In this document: positions 45,650 to 58,832 of the stretch, in pieces | Position numbering within the stretch: the first letter of the stretch is position 1 | Layout of the letters: each line of letters opens with the position of its first letter | Source: Macrostomum hystrix | Lineage: Eukaryota; Animalia; Platyhelminthes | Length of the DNA: 64,000 nucleotides | Direction: 5' to 3' | Assembly (NCBI GenBank): GCA_950097015.1 | Contig: CATNEN010000037.1 | Span: forward strand, 4,154,001 to 4,218,000 | Notes under the pieces: model-generated | Told to the model about the DNA's origin: nothing | The model's database searches: none | Seen by the model: only the letters and a program-made list of their open reading frames with translations | Made by a program: the position numbers and the translations under genes

Positions 45650-46420
45650 ACCGCAGAGACTCTAGGCCTCTTACCCCAGAGACTCTGAGCCTCTCACCTT
45701 GAGACTCTGAGCTGAGCCTCTTACCCTTGAGACTCTGAGCCTCTCACCTTGAGACTCTTAGGCTCTCACCTTTAAGACTCTAGGCCTCTCACCCTTGAGA
45801 CTCTGAGCCTCTCACCCTTGAGACTCTAAGTCTCTCACCCTTGAGACTCTAAGTCTCTCACCCTTGAGACTCTAGGCCTCTCACCCTTGAGACTCTTAGG
45901 CTCTCACCCTTAAGACTCTGAGCCTCTCACCCTTGAGACTCTGAGCCTCTCACCCTTGAGACTCTAGGCCTCTCACCCTTGAGACTCTGAGCTTCTCACC
46001 CTTGAGACTCTGAGCCTCTCACCTTGAGACTCTGAGCTTCTCACCGAGACTCTGAGCCTCTTACCTTGAGACTCTGAGCCTCTAACCTTGAGACTATGAG
46101 CCTCTTACCCTTTAGACTCTGAGCCTCTCACCCCAGAGACTCTAGGCCTCTCATCCTTGATACTCTAAGTCTCTCACCCATGAGACTCTAAGTCTCTCAC
46201 GCTTGAGACTCTAGGCCTCTCACCCTTGAGACTCTAGGCCTCTCACCTTGAGACTCTGAGCCTCTCAGCCTGAGAATCTAGGCCTCTCACCTCTGAGACT
46301 CTAGGCCTCTCACCCTTGAGACTCTAGGCCTCTCACCCTTGAGACTCTGAGCCTCTCAGCCTGAGAATCTAGGCCTCTCACCTCTGAGACTCTAGGCCTC
46401 TCACCCTTGAGACTCTAGGC
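45650..46420. repeat. About 23-bp minisatellite (gagactctgagcctctcaccctt)n
   Basis: About 33 degenerate copies. Confidence 0.93.
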
Positions 46421-47184
46421 CATTGACTCCCGTTTATTTCCTTAAGATTGTTGTGTCACAGTTCACGATGCAGTCAATGGTGAATGTTATGCTGTAATTT
46501 CGCTGTAACATATTTCGCAGTAAATGTCAATGCTTAAGCTCCTGTTTCACTCGCCTAGTCAAATGTAACCGGGGTACAAGACACACAAAATCGAGTTAAG
46601 TGTGTTTTAAGTTCAATAATCCAAGCTAATTCCGAGCACTAGTTGATGTTTAAAACCAGATTGTAAATAAAAATATGACTTTTTGCTATGCTTTTGTTCT
46701 GTATCTGTATCTGTTCATATTATTCTTTGATTTAACAAACAAACAGGAAATTCAAACATTGCTCACTGCTAGTCCTTAATTTACTACTGAATTTGTAAAT
46801 GACTCAATTTAAAATTGATACATTATGTTAATGACTAGTTAAAACTAGATAGCTACTATACGAGCTTTAATACTCTTCCTGAAGCAGTATTTCAGTTTGC
46901 ATATTAAAATTCCACGCAGTGTACACAACGGTGCAAAGTTCTGGCATGCCTATTTCTATTGGCTGGTACACTGTGTGTACACTGCCGCATGCCAAAATCT
47001 ATTTATTGTGTGTTAACCGGCGTTGGCTTTTCTACGATGCGTGCGTGTATTTGCTAAATGCTGCAAATATTTCTCTATCATTGTGTCTGTCCTGTTCTGT
47101 GCTTTTTGTATATAGTGCTTCATCCTGTTGTGATTCTGGCTTTTCCCTATCATTTGCTTGACCTTATCGGTCTTGTATCATCTT

Positions 47185-48000
47185 ACCTGATCCAATCCTC
47201 AGACAATGGCCTAATCCAATCCTCCGACTATAACCCTGAGACAAGGGCCCAATCCCATCCTCAGACAATGACCCAATCCAATCCTCCGACTATAACCCTG
47301 AGACAATGGCCCAATCCAATCCTCAGACAATGGCCCAATCCAATCCTCAGACAATGGCCCAATCCAATCCTCAGACAATGGCCCAATCCAATCCTCAGAC
47401 AATGGCCCAATCCAATCCTCAGACAATGGCCCAATCCAATCCTCAGACAATGGCCCAATCCAATCCTCAGACAATGGCATAATCCAATCCTCAGACAATG
47501 GCCCAATCCAATCCTCAGACAATGGCCCAATCCAATCCTCAGACAATGGCCCAATCCAATCCTCAGACAATGGCCCAATCCAATCCTCAGACAATGGCAT
47601 AATCCAATCCTCAGACAATGGCCCAATCCAATCCTCAGACAATGGCCCAATCCAATCCTCAGACAATGGCCCAATCCAATCCTCAGACAATGGCATAATC
47701 CAATCCTCAGACAATGGCCCAATCCAATCCTCAGACAATGGCCCAATCCAATCCTCAGACAATGGCCCAATCCAATCCTCAGACAATGGCATAATCCAAT
47801 CCTCAGACAATGGCCCAATCCAATCCTCAGACAATGGCCCAATCCAACACTCAGACAATGGCCCAACCCAATCCTCAGACAATGGCCCAATCCAACCCTC
47901 AGACAATGGCATAATCCAATCATCAGACAATGGCCCAATCCAAGCCTCGGACAATGGCATAATCCAATCCTCAGACAATGACCCAATCCAAGCCTCGGAC
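47185..48000. repeat. 24-bp minisatellite (cccaatccaatcctcagacaatgg)n
   Basis: About 33 copies. Confidence 0.96.
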
Positions 48001-49329
48001 AACGTCCGGACCCAACCATTTTTTTGTTTTTGGCATCGCTTGTTTTGTTAGCACAATATTCTTTATAGCAGTCAATGCACTATCATGATCATAGTCATCG
48101 GAATGGCAATCCGCTTTAGTCGAATTCAATCAGCGCTACTTTTGTTACGCTTCTTATTTTGTCGATGTGTTTCGCTGTTTCGCTCTTATTTTGTTGTCGT
48201 CAGACGTCGCATATTATCGCCGCTGTGTAATTTCACAGCCTGCTGTCACAGTCATTTGCTATATTCGCACGCCTCAGACTGCCCTCCGAGTTGTTTTTTA
48301 GACTTTAAACTTTTTTCTCAATTTTTCGCTGTTTGCTTTACGATTGCAAATCGAGAACGCCTGGCTCAGACACAATCTTCAGAAGTAATTAAATACACTG
48401 CGACAGTCCGTATAATGCGTGTTGTGCATGCTTTCTGTTAATTTTGAGCTACCTGCTAGAATTTAATTCGGTTGCAATTCGGTCTGTCTGTGATTTGCAA
48501 TGCTAGAAATCGTCTTTACATTAATTTATTGAACAGTCAAATGATTAGATTGAATTTGGGTCTATTGATTATTGCCTATTCTTACATACGTTAAGTCTAA
48601 AACAGAAGTTGTCGAATCTATCAGTAAGCGCCAAGATGCCAAATAAAAAAGCAGTTATTTTACTTCTTCAATGCGTGCACAACTTTTTCATCCACAAATC
48701 GAAAATGCTCAACCCAAAAAGTTGGTTGGCTTTCAAGGCCTAGAGTTAGTATTTTTTGCTGAATGGAGCGACTGAATGCAATCCCCAAAAAGCGAAATGC
48801 AGCACTTATTATAGCAAGAAAATAAATTGGCAAAAAATGCGCTCTGCTTTACTACTAATAAAGGCTATCGAAAGCATTTTATGCTAAATTATGTACAGTA
48901 CAGTACAGTGCGGGGAAAGAATGTTGCGAATCTAATTTGACTTTAGTGTAAATCAGGCTTGGTGTTAACTTGTTACTTTTATAGCACATTTTTGGGGGGC
49001 CAGTCAATGAGTTCTTAATAAAAGCACGTGACTCGGCCTAGCCAATAAAATTTAAAAGGCTGACTTGTACTAAGTTTAATAAAGAGTAGGGGTAAAAGTA
49101 CACGATAAATATGAATTATAATACAAAAAATGCTAAATGTTGCTTCGACGCGCCGATGCAATCTTGCTGCGAAAAAACTGAAATTGTTCTTAATACCTGT
49201 TCAACTAACAGAAACTTACTGCAGCGCTTAATCAGATATAAAAGGTGGTACAACTAGAGAGCAAAATAAAAAGTATTTAAAAAACTAGACAAAAACAACC
49301 GAATAAATCGCTTGTTGGCGGTCAGAATC

Positions 49330-52300
49330 TCAATCAGCGGCTTCGCTAGGGCGGCTCGCAAGCCAGTGGAAAGGCTTCGCCGGAAGGCCGGGCGGAGGAG
49401 CTGGGTATGCGGCAGCCCGCAATGGCTGACGCGGAGACGGGATAGACTGGGGAGATTGCAAGTTTAACGGCTTGAGCACCGAAGCGGCCTGGCCTGGAGA
49501 GCGGGCGTGTCAGCGGGGGAGTGCGTGAGTTCGAATCTATGAATAGATAATTTACTTACGAGTGCTCAAGTAGCTAGCGACAGTGTTCAGTTAGCGGTAG
49601 AGCATGCTGGGATCAGAGGGGGTTTAGCTAGCGGTAGAGCATGGTGGGATCAGAGGGGGTTTAGCTAGCGGTAGAGCATGCTAGGATCAGAGGGGGTTTA
49701 GCTAGCGGTAGAGCATGCTGGGATCAGAGGGGGTTTAGCTAGCGGTAGAGCATGCTGGGATCAGAGGGGGTTTAGCTAGCGGTAGAGCATGCTGGGATCA
49801 GAGGGGGTTTAGCTAGCGGTAGAGCATGCTGGGATCAAAGGGGGTTTAGCTAGCGGTAGAGCATGCTAGGATCAGAGGGGGTTTAGCTAGCGGTAGAGCA
49901 TGCTAGGATCAGAGGGGGTTTAGCTAGCGGTAAAGCATGCTGGGATCAGAGGGGGTTTAGCTAGCGGTAGAGCATGCTGGGATTGTTTCAGCTGGGAGCG
50001 TTTCCCGCTGACTAACCAGTTCTGATGCCCTGATGGCCGCTGTGGCCAGCGCTGCTCTCCAACGAATCCTTCTTAAAGTCACCGTCGCCGCTGCGAAGCT
50101 GGTCCTGCATGCAGAACAATTGTAGTTGGACGCTGCATCGAGTCAGCCGGGCGCTAACTGAACTGAGCTGCTGGCTGCTGCTGCTGGCGGCTGACAGACT
50201 CAGAGAGGCCAGATCGGCCCGAACGCCTGCCAGGGTGTTGGCGGCGACGAAGATTTTCTGACAGCTACAACTATCAATACTGCCATCGCTACTGACACTG
50301 CAACTGGCGGCACCACTAGCACCACGGCTGCGACTACCACAGACACTGCCAACTACACTGCCACTGCCACCGCCACTGCCCTCGCCACCGCTACTGCCAA
50401 CGACACTGCCACTGCCCTCGCCACCGCCACTGCCAACGACACTGCCCTCGCCACTGCCAACGACACTGCCACTGCCCTCGCCACCGCTACTGCCAACGAC
50501 ACTGCCACTGCCCTCGCCACCGCCACTGCCAACGACACTGCCACCGCCACTGCCCTCGCCACTGCCAACGACACTGCCACTGCCCTCGCCACCGCCACTG
50601 CCCTCGCCACCGCTACTGCCAACGACACTGCCACTGCCCTCGCCACCGCCACTGCCAACGACACTGCCACCGCCACTGCCCTCGCCACTGCCAACGACAC
50701 TGCCACTGCCCTCGCCACCGCCACTGCCCTCGCCACCGCTACTGCCAACGACACTGCCACCGCCACTGCCAACGACACTGCCACCGCCACTGCCAACGAC
50801 ACTGCCACTGCCCTCGCCACCGCCACTGCCCTCGCCACCGCCACTGCCAACGACACCGACACTGCCCTCGCCACCGCCACCCCCACTGCCACTGCCCTCG
50901 CCACTGCCCTCGCCAACGACACTGCCACCGCCACTGCTAACGACACTGCTAACGACACTGCCACCGCCACTGCCACTGCCAACGACACTGCCGACGACAC
51001 TGCCCCTGTCACTGACACTGCCACTGCCACTGCCGACGACATTGCCCCTGTCACTGACACCGCCACTGCCACTGCCAACGACACTGCCACCGCCACTGCT
51101 AACGACACCGACACTGCCACTGCCCTCGCCACCGCCACTGCCAACGACACTGCCCTCGCCACCGCAACTGCCAACGACACTGCCACCGCCACTGCCACTG
51201 CCCTCGCCACTGCCAACGACACTGCCACTGCCGACGACACTGCCGCTTTCAACAAATCCGCGACTGCCACTGCCAACGACACTGCCACTGCCCTCGCCAC
51301 CGCCACTGCCACTGCCGACGACACTGCCGCTTTCAACAAATCCGCGACTGCCACTGCCAACGACACTGCCACTGCCCTCGCCACCGCCACTGCCACTGCC
51401 GACGACACTGCCGCTGTCAACAAATCCGCGACTGCCACTGCCACTGCCAACGACACTGCCACTGCCAACGACACTGCCTCTGTCACTGACACCGCCACTG
51501 CCACTGCCACAGCCAACGACACTGCCGCTGTCAACAAATCCGCGACTGCCACCGCCACTGCCAACAAGACTGCTGCTGACAACGCCACCGCGACTGTGAC
51601 CGCTACAAACACTGGCTCTAACGCTGCCATGGCCGAAGCCAGAAAACTCATCGCCAGACTGCTGCTGCTGCTGCTTCTGATGGTTGGGCTCCAGGTCCGC
51701 CTGCTTTTGAAAGCCGCCGCCGCTGCCACATTTCTGCACGCCTGCGGAAAAAAATAGATGTTCGAGTAATGGAAACCTGATCCCTGGCTTGCTTGATCAC
51801 AGCAAATCTGCGCCCTCTCGGATATAGTCATGTTACTTTTTTACTGTAGCACTTTTTTAAAGAAATTAACTTGACTTGCGATTCTCTCTACTAAAAGAAA
51901 AGTGACTAATCAACACAATAACTATTCGCTGTAGGTTTCCATTTGACCAATCACTGAGCACAAGATCTTTGATGAAGGTTTCCATTTGACCAATCACTGA
52001 GCACAAGATCTTTGCTGTAGGTTTCTATTGACCAATCCCTGAGTTCAAGATCTTTGCTGTAGGTTTCTATTAACCAATCACTGAGTTCAAGATCTTTGCT
52101 GTAGGTTTCTATTGACCAATCACTGAGTTCAAGATCTTTGCTGAAGGTTTCTATTGACCAATCACTGAGTTCAAGATCTTTGCTGTAGGTTTCTATTAAC
52201 CAATCACTGAGTTCAAGATCTTTGCTGTAGGTTTCTATTGACCAATCACTGAGTTCAAGATCTTTGCTGAAGGTTTCCATTTGACCAATCACTGAGTTCA

Positions 52301-55300
52301 AGATCTTTGCTGAAGGTTTCCATTTGACCAATCCCTGAGTTCAAGATCTTTGCTGTAGGTTTCTATTGACCAATCACTGAGTTCAAGATCTTTGCTGTAG
52401 GTTTCTATTGACCAATCACTGAGTTCAAGATCTTTGCTGTAGGTTTCTATTGACCAATCACTGAGTTCAAGATCTTTGCTGTAGGTTTCTATTGACCAAT
52501 CACTGAGTTCAAGATCTTTGCTGTAGGTTTCTATTGACCAATCACTGAGTTCAAGATCTTTGCTGTAGGTTTCTATTGACCAATCACTGAGTTCAAGATC
52601 TTTGCTGTAGGTTTCTATTTGACCAATCACTGAGTTCAAGATCTTCGCTGAAGATTACGAGTGGCCGCTCGTACCTATGACCAATCACTGAATTCATGAT
52701 TGCACACTTTCTATGACGTGTTCGGAACAGAAAATCTGTTCTCTTTACGTTTTTACGTCTTTACGTCTTTACGTTAAAGAAAAATACGTTTTCTTTAATT
52801 GCTGCGTTTTAGGCTTAAAAAGTGACAAAAATGAATGCAACAATTTAGTTTTCACTTACCAAATAACTTTGACAACAATTTGTTATACTTGTCGAGCGGT
52901 TTCTGATCATCATGCGCAACAGTTGACTTGCTTTTCTGAAAAAATGAAAAAAAACTACGTTCATAAACTACAGCAGCGCATTAATCTTAAAATAGTGGAG
53001 TCCACAACTCACTGGCAGCTGTATGGGTAGACAGCCCAGCGACTTCTCGAACAAGATGGTGAGAAGCGAGCCGCGCACGCCGGACAGGTAGACAGAGTAG
53101 GCCGCGTACGGCTGAAAATGCGCGAGCCGTCTGGGTTGGAGGCTCTCTTAATCCAAAGAAATGCAAACTATACCCACCGCCTAAACTCACATCTTTCTCA
53201 TCCGAGGGCGCTTCATCAACGCTGAGCTTCAGCAAGCATTGCTGCGCATCTTCAGGCGAGCTGGGAGCCTGAGTCAGCAGCCGGAACATGCGGACGGTGA
53301 GCTGGTCGAAGTGGGCAGCGCCATCTCTGGGCGCAAGGAAGGCCAGGCGGCACAGGACGGCATGGGCGGGAATGCCCTCGGCGAAGCGTCGACGCAGGTA
53401 GCACAGGCTGGTCAGGGCGACCGTCAGAGTCTCGCCGTAGTCGACATCTTCAACCAGCAGCTGCAGCGTGTCAGCGCTGGCCGCAGCTACCCGGCGGACG
53501 ATTCTCACCCGACGTGAGCCCAGCTCGGTGGCGGCCTCGCACAACTGGCCGGGCCTGGCGTGCACCTCCGCCATTGGCTGGCCGGGCTCGCTCGAGTCCA
53601 TCTCCTCCATGAGCTTGTCCAGCCGGTTCGACACCTCGCCGTAGGGGATCACGAAGAAGCGGCCGGGCCCGGAGTTCGAGGCGGGCGGCACCAGGACGTC
53701 CTGCTGGTCGGCCAAGGTCCGCTGGCGACGCAGCCGCTCGACGGGCAGCCGGTAGCCGGGCGGCACGCAGTCGTCTGGGAAGGCCGGCGCCTTCGGGGCA
53801 AACGGCAGACGCGTGCCGTACACTGAGATTGGGAAATTCCCATCCATTGGATTTCGCATCACTGCGATCCCCGGCAGGCGAAGCAGTAAGTCCAAGCAGG
53901 TCTTTGCAGCCAATGTCCGAGTACCTGGGCAGCTGGCAACCAAAGCTGCAGGCATTGTATGTAAGGATTTTTCTCAATACTTACTATTATTTAATTATGA
54001 TAATGATAATCATACTAATGAGAGAGTAGACTCATCACCCAGTTCATCCCTACTAGAGTAGACTCATCACCCAGTTCATCCCTACTAGAGTAGACTCATC
54101 ACCCAGTTCATCCCTACTAGAGTATACTCATCACCCAGTTCATCCCTACAAGAGTATACTCATCACCCAGTTCATCCCTACTAGAGTATACTCATCACCC
54201 AGTTCATCTCTACTTTGTATGAAAAAGAAGTTTCCATGAAACAGAAGTTTCCATGAAACAGAAGTTTCCATGAAACAGAAGTTTCCATGAAACAGAAGTT
54301 TCCATGTAACAGAAGTTTCCATGAAACAAAAGTTTCCATGAAACAGAAGTTTCCATGAAACAGAAGTTTCCATGAAACAGAAGTTTCCATGAAACAAAAG
54401 TTTCCATGAAACAAAAATTTCCATGAAACAAAAGTTTCCATGAAACAGAAGTTTCCATGAAACAGAAGGTTCCATGAAACAGACGTTTCTATAATGTAAG
54501 TAACTCGCACACGCACCTCTCCCTGTACTTCTCTGGCAGCAGCAGGACTGGAAGGCCGGCGAAGTTGTGGGCTAGGCAGAGCAGCCGCCGCTTCACTTCA
54601 GCCGGCACGCTGAGCGGTCGCTTCTGCGCCGCCGCGCCAGATTTGACGGAGCTGCCGCACTCGGCCTTGACCTGGGCCGCAACCCGCAGGCAGCGATTGG
54701 AGTCGAAGGCCAGGCGGCCTGACTGCACCAGCCTGACTGCGAGCTCCTCAGCCGACGGGCAATTGAAGAGCTCCAGCGGCAGCGGTCGGTTAAAAAAGCA
54801 GGCGAAGGAGTCGACTAGGTCAGCGGGAGTCAGCGGCTGCATTAAATTCTCAGCGGCCACCCGCACAAGCTCCACCACGGCATCGGTGGCCGCCGCCCGG
54901 TCCGCTGCATGCCTTTGCTCCTGCTCCAACTGAAGCTCCCGATTGCGCTGAAGCTGCAGTTCCAGTTCGCGCTCCCGCTCGAGCTCTCGTCGGCGCTCCT
55001 CCTCCAGCTTCTGCTGAAAATCGGGATCTCGCGCCAATAGTTGGGACTCTGAGGCTGTCTTAGACTCACTCCGTGGTGGATCTGAATTGGTAAGGCAACT
55101 TAAATTAGCCAACTTTAGTGAGAGGAATTTATGAGGGGAGCTGCATTGAAGTTCCAAGGATGTGGGATCTGTACTGAAGAGCTACTCTAGGATCTGTACT
55201 GAAGCTAGTTTGGGATCTGTACTGAAGCTAGTGTGGGATCTGTACTGAAGCTAGTGTGGGATCTGTACTGAAGCTACTGTGGGAGCTGTACTGAAGCTAC

Positions 55301-56774
55301 TGTGGGAGCTGTACTGAAGCTACTGTGGGAGCTGTACTGAAGCTACTATGGAAGCTGTACTGAAGCTACTGTGGGAGCTGTACTGAAGCTACTGTGGGAG
55401 CTGTACTGAAGCTACTATGGAAGCTGTACTGAAGCTACTGTGGGAGCTGTACTGAAGCTACTGTGGGAGCTGTACTGAAGCTACTGCAGGATCTGTACTG
55501 AAGCTACTGTGGGAGCTGTACTGAAGCTACTGTGGGATCTGTACTGAAGCTGCTCTGAGATCTGTACTAAAGCTACTGCGGGATCTGTAGTGAAGCTACT
55601 GTGGAAGCTGTACTGAAGCTACTGCGGGATCTGTACTGAAGCTACTGCAGGATCTGTACTGAAGCTACTGTGGGAGCTGTACTGAAGCTACTGTGGGAGC
55701 TGTACAAAAGCTACTATGGGAGCTGTAGTGAAGCTACTGTGGGAGCTGTACTAAAGCTACTGTGGGAGCTGTACTGAAGCTACTATGGAAGCTGTACTGA
55801 AGCTACTGTGGGAGCTGTACTAAAGCTACTGTGGGAGCTGTACTGAAGCTACTGTGGGAGCTGTACTGCAGCTACTGCAGGATCTGTACTGAAGCTACTG
55901 TGGGAGCTGTACTGAAGCTACTGTGGGATCTGTACTGAAGCTGCTCTGAGATCTGTACTAAAGCTACTGCGGGATCTGTAGTGAAGCTACTGTGGAAGCT
56001 GTACTGAAGCTACTGCGGGATCTGTACTGAAGCTACTGTGGGAGCTGTACTGAAGCTACTGTGGGATCTGTACTGAAGCTGCTCTGAGATCTGTACTAAA
56101 GCTACTGCGGGATCTGTAGTGAAGCTACTGTGGAAGCTGTACTGAAGCTACTGCGGGATCTGTACTGAAGCTACTGCAGGATCTGTACTGAAGCTACTGT
56201 GGGAGCTGTACTGAAGCTACTGTGGGAGCTGTACAAAAGCTACTATGGGAGATGTAGTGAAGCTACTGTGGGAGCTGTACTAAAGCTACTGTGGGAGCTG
56301 TACTGAAGCTACTATGGAAGCTGTACTGAAGCTACTGTGGGAGCTGTACTAAAGCTACTGTGGGAGCTGTACTGAAGCTACTATGGAAGCTGTACTGAAG
56401 CTACTATGGAAGCTGTACTGAAGCTACTATGGAAGCTGTACTGAAGCTACTGTGGGAGCTGTACTAGCAATCAGTACTAGTCGACTAGAGCTACTACACT
56501 ACTAGTAGTAGCTCTCACCCTTGGCAGCCGCGGCCAAAACGAGCTTCACGCAGGACTCCCCATCGCAGTCGTAAACCTGCAGCCCTTTGACGGAGCTAAG
56601 GAAAGCTTCAACTGATTCGCTTTTAAACTTCTGCCATGGCAGCGGACACTTCAGGCACAGGGCGTACTCGCGAACCAGATCAGCGCAGGTGACACGGCGC
56701 TTGTACATCAGAGCCGGAACTCTCATGCAGCAGCGCAGATTCTGCGCAATCACCTCCGCCTCCGTGCTATTCAT
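49330..56774 (-). CDS. LOTUS/OST-HTH x3 plus extended Tudor domain protein with Gly/Ser-rich tail (TDRD5/TDRD7-like germ-granule protein)
   Basis: Exons 56774-56519 (LOTUS1), 55081-54517 (coiled coil, LOTUS2, start of LOTUS3), 53945-53191 (LOTUS3 end with a +1 frameshift at about 53903; Tudor GRFFVIP..RLDKLMEEM..PGQLC..RVRI..VDYGE..L..RF..IPAHAVLCRL), 53111-53013, about 51740-50017 (G/S-rich plus helical motif), putative 49493-49330. The junction into the G/S exon is uncertain. Confidence 0.75.
49590..49983. repeat. 37-bp minisatellite (gtagagcatgctgggatcagagggggtttagctagcg)n
   Basis: About 10 copies. Confidence 0.95.
51932..52690. repeat. 42-bp minisatellite (gtaggtttctattgaccaatcactgagttcaagatctttgct)n
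   Basis: About 18 copies, intronic. Confidence 0.96.
54027..54210. repeat. 32-bp minisatellite (gagtagactcatcacccagttcatccctacta)n
   Basis: About 5.5 copies, intronic. Confidence 0.93.
54225..54485. repeat. 17-bp minisatellite (gaagtttccatgaaaca)n
   Basis: About 15 copies, in the same intron as the 32-bp array. Confidence 0.95.
55165..56465. repeat. 23-bp minisatellite (gaagctactgtgggagctgtact)n
   Basis: About 56 copies with block duplications; intronic. Confidence 0.96.
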
Positions 56775-57319
56775 TGTTTAACTTGTTCTCTGCAATGAGC
56801 CACTGGTTTCCTGTGGACAGTATCAGAAAGATGTTTATTTTTAACTTCTCAAGAGTCAAGACGGCGAATGAGAAATTCAATGCTTCTGGACATCAATAGG
56901 CCACTTTAAGAGCGAGCGGAAATAGCTATAATCGACCTGAAGTTATAGCTCTAGGCGGTAGATACTAAGGGTTGAGCATTTAAAGTGTGGGTGGCTAAGG
57001 ACTGGTATTTGAACTAGAGATTATACTCAGATTAACAGCTCAAATGACTTTTTTAAATTTATATTTTTATAGACACACCCTCGTATAACACTAGACAGAC
57101 ATACACAAAGCAGAAGTAAAGTACAGTTTGCTCTATAAAATATCCGAAAGTTTAGAAGTTTGAAAATAAAAGAGCCTGTGTACAAAATTCAACATTAGGA
57201 GATAGAGAAAGTACACAAAAGACAAAAGTCATACTACTAATGCATGAAGAAACTACTAACTAACAGTAGTAGTTATCACATATTTATATTCAGTAGTAAG
57301 GAGAGCCGTCAACAGGGAG

Positions 57320-58772
57320 TCATTCGGCCTCGGAGCGCAGGTCATTGACCAGCAGGCGAACTAGGCCGGCCAGCTCAGCCATGCGATCAGGCGGCGTCTC
57401 CGGCAGAAGGCCGGCGCCAACGTTGAACACGTAGCGCCCGGTGCCGAATGTGCGCAGGGCTCGCCTGACGTGGTCGCGCAGCACATCGCCGGGAGCCCAG
57501 GCGACAAGGGCCGGGTCCAGGTTGCCCTGAACGGCAACTCCGGCAGCTTTGGCTACACGGCGGCAGTGCTCAGGCCGAACAGTGTGATCCACGCCAAGGA
57601 CATTGTAGCCGCTGCCGGCTAGCTCCTCCAGCGCGTAGTGACAGCCGGGAGCGAATAATATCAACGGCACGCCGGGGCCGACCCGGGCTCGAACCTCGGA
57701 CGCTAGGCGGCGCAGTCTGGGCAGGGCGAAGCGGCAGAATAGATCGGGGGTGAGGTGGCCCGCCAGCGGCTCAACCACCTGCAGGGCCTGCGGGTCAACG
57801 GGGAGCTGACTTATTGTCAACAGCATCAGTCAACAAAGACGAATATTTACATTTGCACCGCCAATTCCATCACACCTGCACCGCCCATTCCATCACGCCT
57901 GCACCGCCCATTCCATCACACCTGCACCGCCCATTTTCCATCACAGATCACACACAGACACCAACATCGAGCCTGGATGCTTGAATAATCACCTGAGCTC
58001 CAGCGGCCACCTGATCAGCCAGGAAGTCAACAAGCAGGTCGGTCAGCCGGTCCAGCAGCCGGTCGCAGGCTTCGGGCTCGGCGTAGAGCCAGCCGGCCGC
58101 CAGGGAAGCTTCCCCGGCCATGCGGGCCATGAGAGACCAAGGCGCGCCGGCCAAGCCCAGAAGGACGGCGCGGCCCATCAGGCGTCGCCGAGCCAAATTG
58201 ATGGCCTCCAAAACGCAGTGCAGTCGGCCGCGTGCCGCCGCGAATTCCAGACCAAGAGCGGCCGCGTCCGATGGTCCCGAAAGCGGTTCGGAGACGGCGA
58301 GGCCGGGTCGCCGATTGGCACCGACAACGCTCGGCCTCGCGATCAAGCCCAGAGCAATGGGCACCAGCATGATGTCCGTATAGATCGGCGCCGCATCCAG
58401 TTGGCAGCGAGTCAGGGGCAGCAGTGTCAGCTCGCTGGCCAGATGGGGATTTCGGCACAGCTCAGTGTGGCCGTGATGAGCCAGTAGCTGGCGGAATTCG
58501 GGCAGGTGCGGTCCAGACTGGCGCAGCAGCCACACCGGGACTCGGTCGGGTGATTCGCCGAGTGCGGCGCGCAGCAGAAGGTCGTTGATCAAGGGTGGAA
58601 GATCGCCCAAGTCAACGCTCACCGCAAAGTCCACCCCAGGTGGGCGGACGCGGTTAAAGCCGCGATGCCGCTGCTGTTGCAGCTTCTTTGGCTGCTGAAC
58701 TGGCAGCGTCTGCCATTGCTGATGCTGCAGAGTCGGCTGGCCCGGACTCGAGTGCGGATTTGGTAAGGACAG
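57320..58772 (-). CDS. UROD: Uroporphyrinogen decarboxylase homologue with degenerate active site (probable pseudo-enzyme)
   Basis: Exons 58772-57993 and 57787-57320 join in frame (GAQ|ALQ). Collinear with UROD (NDLLLRAALGE, PVW..RQ, ELTL.PL.R..LDAA..TDI..P.ALG, GAPW.L, QV.AGAQALQ, QGNLDP, RY..N.G.G..P). A possible 8-codon first exon lies at 59527-59504. Confidence 0.85.
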
Positions 58773-58832
58773 CTGAAGTTGGTTGAGCACAGGAAAATGA
58801 ACTCTAGAAAACTTTAAGTCATTTAGACAGCA

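Noticed and set aside
47058-48019. ORFs in three frames (RQWPNPIL etc.)
   Set aside because: Artefacts of a 24-bp repeat.
50353-51831. 492-aa Ala/Val ORF and an antisense Thr-Ala (antifreeze-like) frame
   Set aside because: Shadow frames; only the Gly/Ser frame runs into the motif conserved with the neighbouring gene.
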